DNA from: Girardia tigrina
Taxonomy: Eukaryota
Assembly: GCA_001938485.1 (NCBI GenBank)
Contig: MQRK01170068.1
Coordinates: 59,651 to 112,783, forward strand
Direction of reading: 5' to 3'
Length of the DNA stretch: 53,133 bases
This document shows, in pieces, positions 51,599 to 53,133 of the stretch. Every line of letters starts with the position of its first letter. Within the stretch, counting starts at the first letter, position 1. The translations under genes were made by a program, and so were the position numbers. The notes under the pieces were generated by a model. That model was not told the DNA's origin, made no database searches, and saw nothing but the letters and a program-made list of their open reading frames with translations.

Positions 51599-52754
51599 AT
51601 TACCAGTTATTCAAATTATATTTGTTAATACATTTTTATTTTCATATCTAGTTTTATATATTTATTTTAATCAAAATTCTAAAGATACAGAAAAAGAAAG
51701 TTTTTTTTATTCTTTATTCACTAATTCAATTGAGACAACTTTCTTTTTCTATGAATTTATCACAAACTCGGTTGTATGGCCTATCTTTCGATGAGATAAT
51801 TTCAGTTTTGAATAAATCTCTCAAATAGGTAGAATCCCAAACAAGAGGTCAAACGATAGTGACCCCACAGCATGTAGTGATGAGGGCTCTGATCAGCAAG
51901 GACAGTACTCATCAAAAATGCTGAAAGTAACAAAATCGTGTTTGCTTGATAGATTTATGACCTCTCTAATTTTTCATATCATCGAGGTTGAGAATAATAT
52001 GTCAATGTACTTCAAAGTTTTCAAAGATTCAAATGATGTTGAGCGTTATGGAATGGCTAAAGTTCTCGGACACTGGTTTCCAAAATATTTAACAAATATA
52101 TTTGGGTACTAAGAAAGCGAGTCGTAATTGAATTTCACGTACTGAAATCTCACGTACAACTAGATGAGACTCTGTGTTGTGGCGTTCACAAAGATTTGAG
52201 ACGAAGGTGAGCGGTTTCTTTGGACAACATGAAATTTACCTAAAAAGAGAAAATTTACTTAATAAACCTAGTAAAACTTGCTCCCCATAATAAAAAATAT
52301 AAATCAGTACTCACTGCGCTGAGTGACGTACAACGCATTTTTCTATATGTAAGCCTACGAGAGTAAAACTGCCAAATTTAGGTCATTTTTAGACATTTTA
52401 CCTTGACTGAACTGGATCGACCTTGGCCGACCTTGGCCGACCTTGGGTTACTATAGCGGTCCGGGGCTGCTTGTGGTCTAGAAAGCCCATGCATTTTTTA
52501 AGTATACCATAGGTTTTTATAAATATTGTTTTTATATATAATATTAAAAGGTTATGTATCATAGTTACGGTAACCAAGGTACTTTTGATTGTTGATATGG
52601 CACTGTAAAGTGACAACTTTACTTCATCAATAAGTTATTTTTAATTCAATTTTTGTTGAATTAAAAATAATGATTTTTAATTATTATTAAATTAAAAATA
52701 ATGATTTTTTTTATCGATTGTTTAAATCGATAGATTTTGTCTATAATATATTTT

Positions 52755-52885
52755 NNNNNNNNNNNNNNNNNNNNNNNNNNNNNNNNNNNNNNNNNNNNNN
52801 NNNNNNNNNNNNNNNNNNNNNNNNNNNNNNNNNNNNNNNNNNNNNNNNNNNNNNNNNNNNNNNNNNNNNNNNNNNNNNNNNNNNN
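52755..52885. other. Assembly gap
   Basis: Run of N. Confidence 1.
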
Positions 52886-53133
52886 ATTGAGCTCTGGTTC
52901 AAGCAAATCGATGCGATATTCCGAATTTCTAACATCTCCACGGAACAGACTAAATTTTTGCATCTTACTGCGAATCTGTCTCCTCAGATATTAACGGAGT
53001 TCCAAGAATTCTTTGAATCAAATTCCGCAACACCGTTCTCTGATCTCCGGCATGCGATTATCACCAGTCGCAAAGTTCCAGTCTCAGTCCATTTCGATGA
53101 AATATTCAGCAACAACAATCTTGGCGACCGCCG
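52886..53133 (+). mobile_element. Gypsy (CsRn1-type) gag, partial, open frame running off the window
   Basis: IELWFKQIDAIF...TKFLHL...PFSDLRHAII...LGDRR with no stops; missed by the ORF track because its start lies in the gap. Confidence 0.8.

Noticed and set aside
52447-52462. GTTACTATAGCGGTCC resembling the 23S rRNA I-CeuI site
   Set aside because: 14/16 match only; the conserved TAAGGTAGC and flanking rRNA sequence are missing.

Overview
AT-rich eukaryotic (animal-type) genomic window with three N-gaps and no intact host gene. An invertebrate such as a triclad flatworm is plausible but this is inference only. It is a dense graveyard of nested, mostly decayed transposable elements: mariner (three TIR-bounded copies plus fragments), Zator (two), CGGBP1-like hAT, piggyBac, Merlin, IS630/Tc1, MULE-like MITEs, Helentron/DINE-like repeats, several Ty3/Gypsy pieces, an RTE LINE tail and Penelope-like pieces with hammerhead ribozyme cores. 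Four things go beyond routine repeats. (1) A hAT element whose TIRs and two transposase halves bracket about 15.8 kb containing decayed host-gene fragments (KLHDC2-like kelch repeat, intron-containing CEP63/DEUP1-like N-terminus) and other TEs. (2) An unclassified head-to-head two-module repeat family, with a symmetric TGTTCGAATA motif and a conserved ~35-aa Cys/Asn/Lys-rich small ORF, in several diverged copies. (3) A TTAGGG-carrying MULE-like MITE inserted into the piggyBac zinc finger. (4) Two possibly related CpG-rich islands of unknown origin. All protein family calls come from manual translation and remembered motifs, not database searches.
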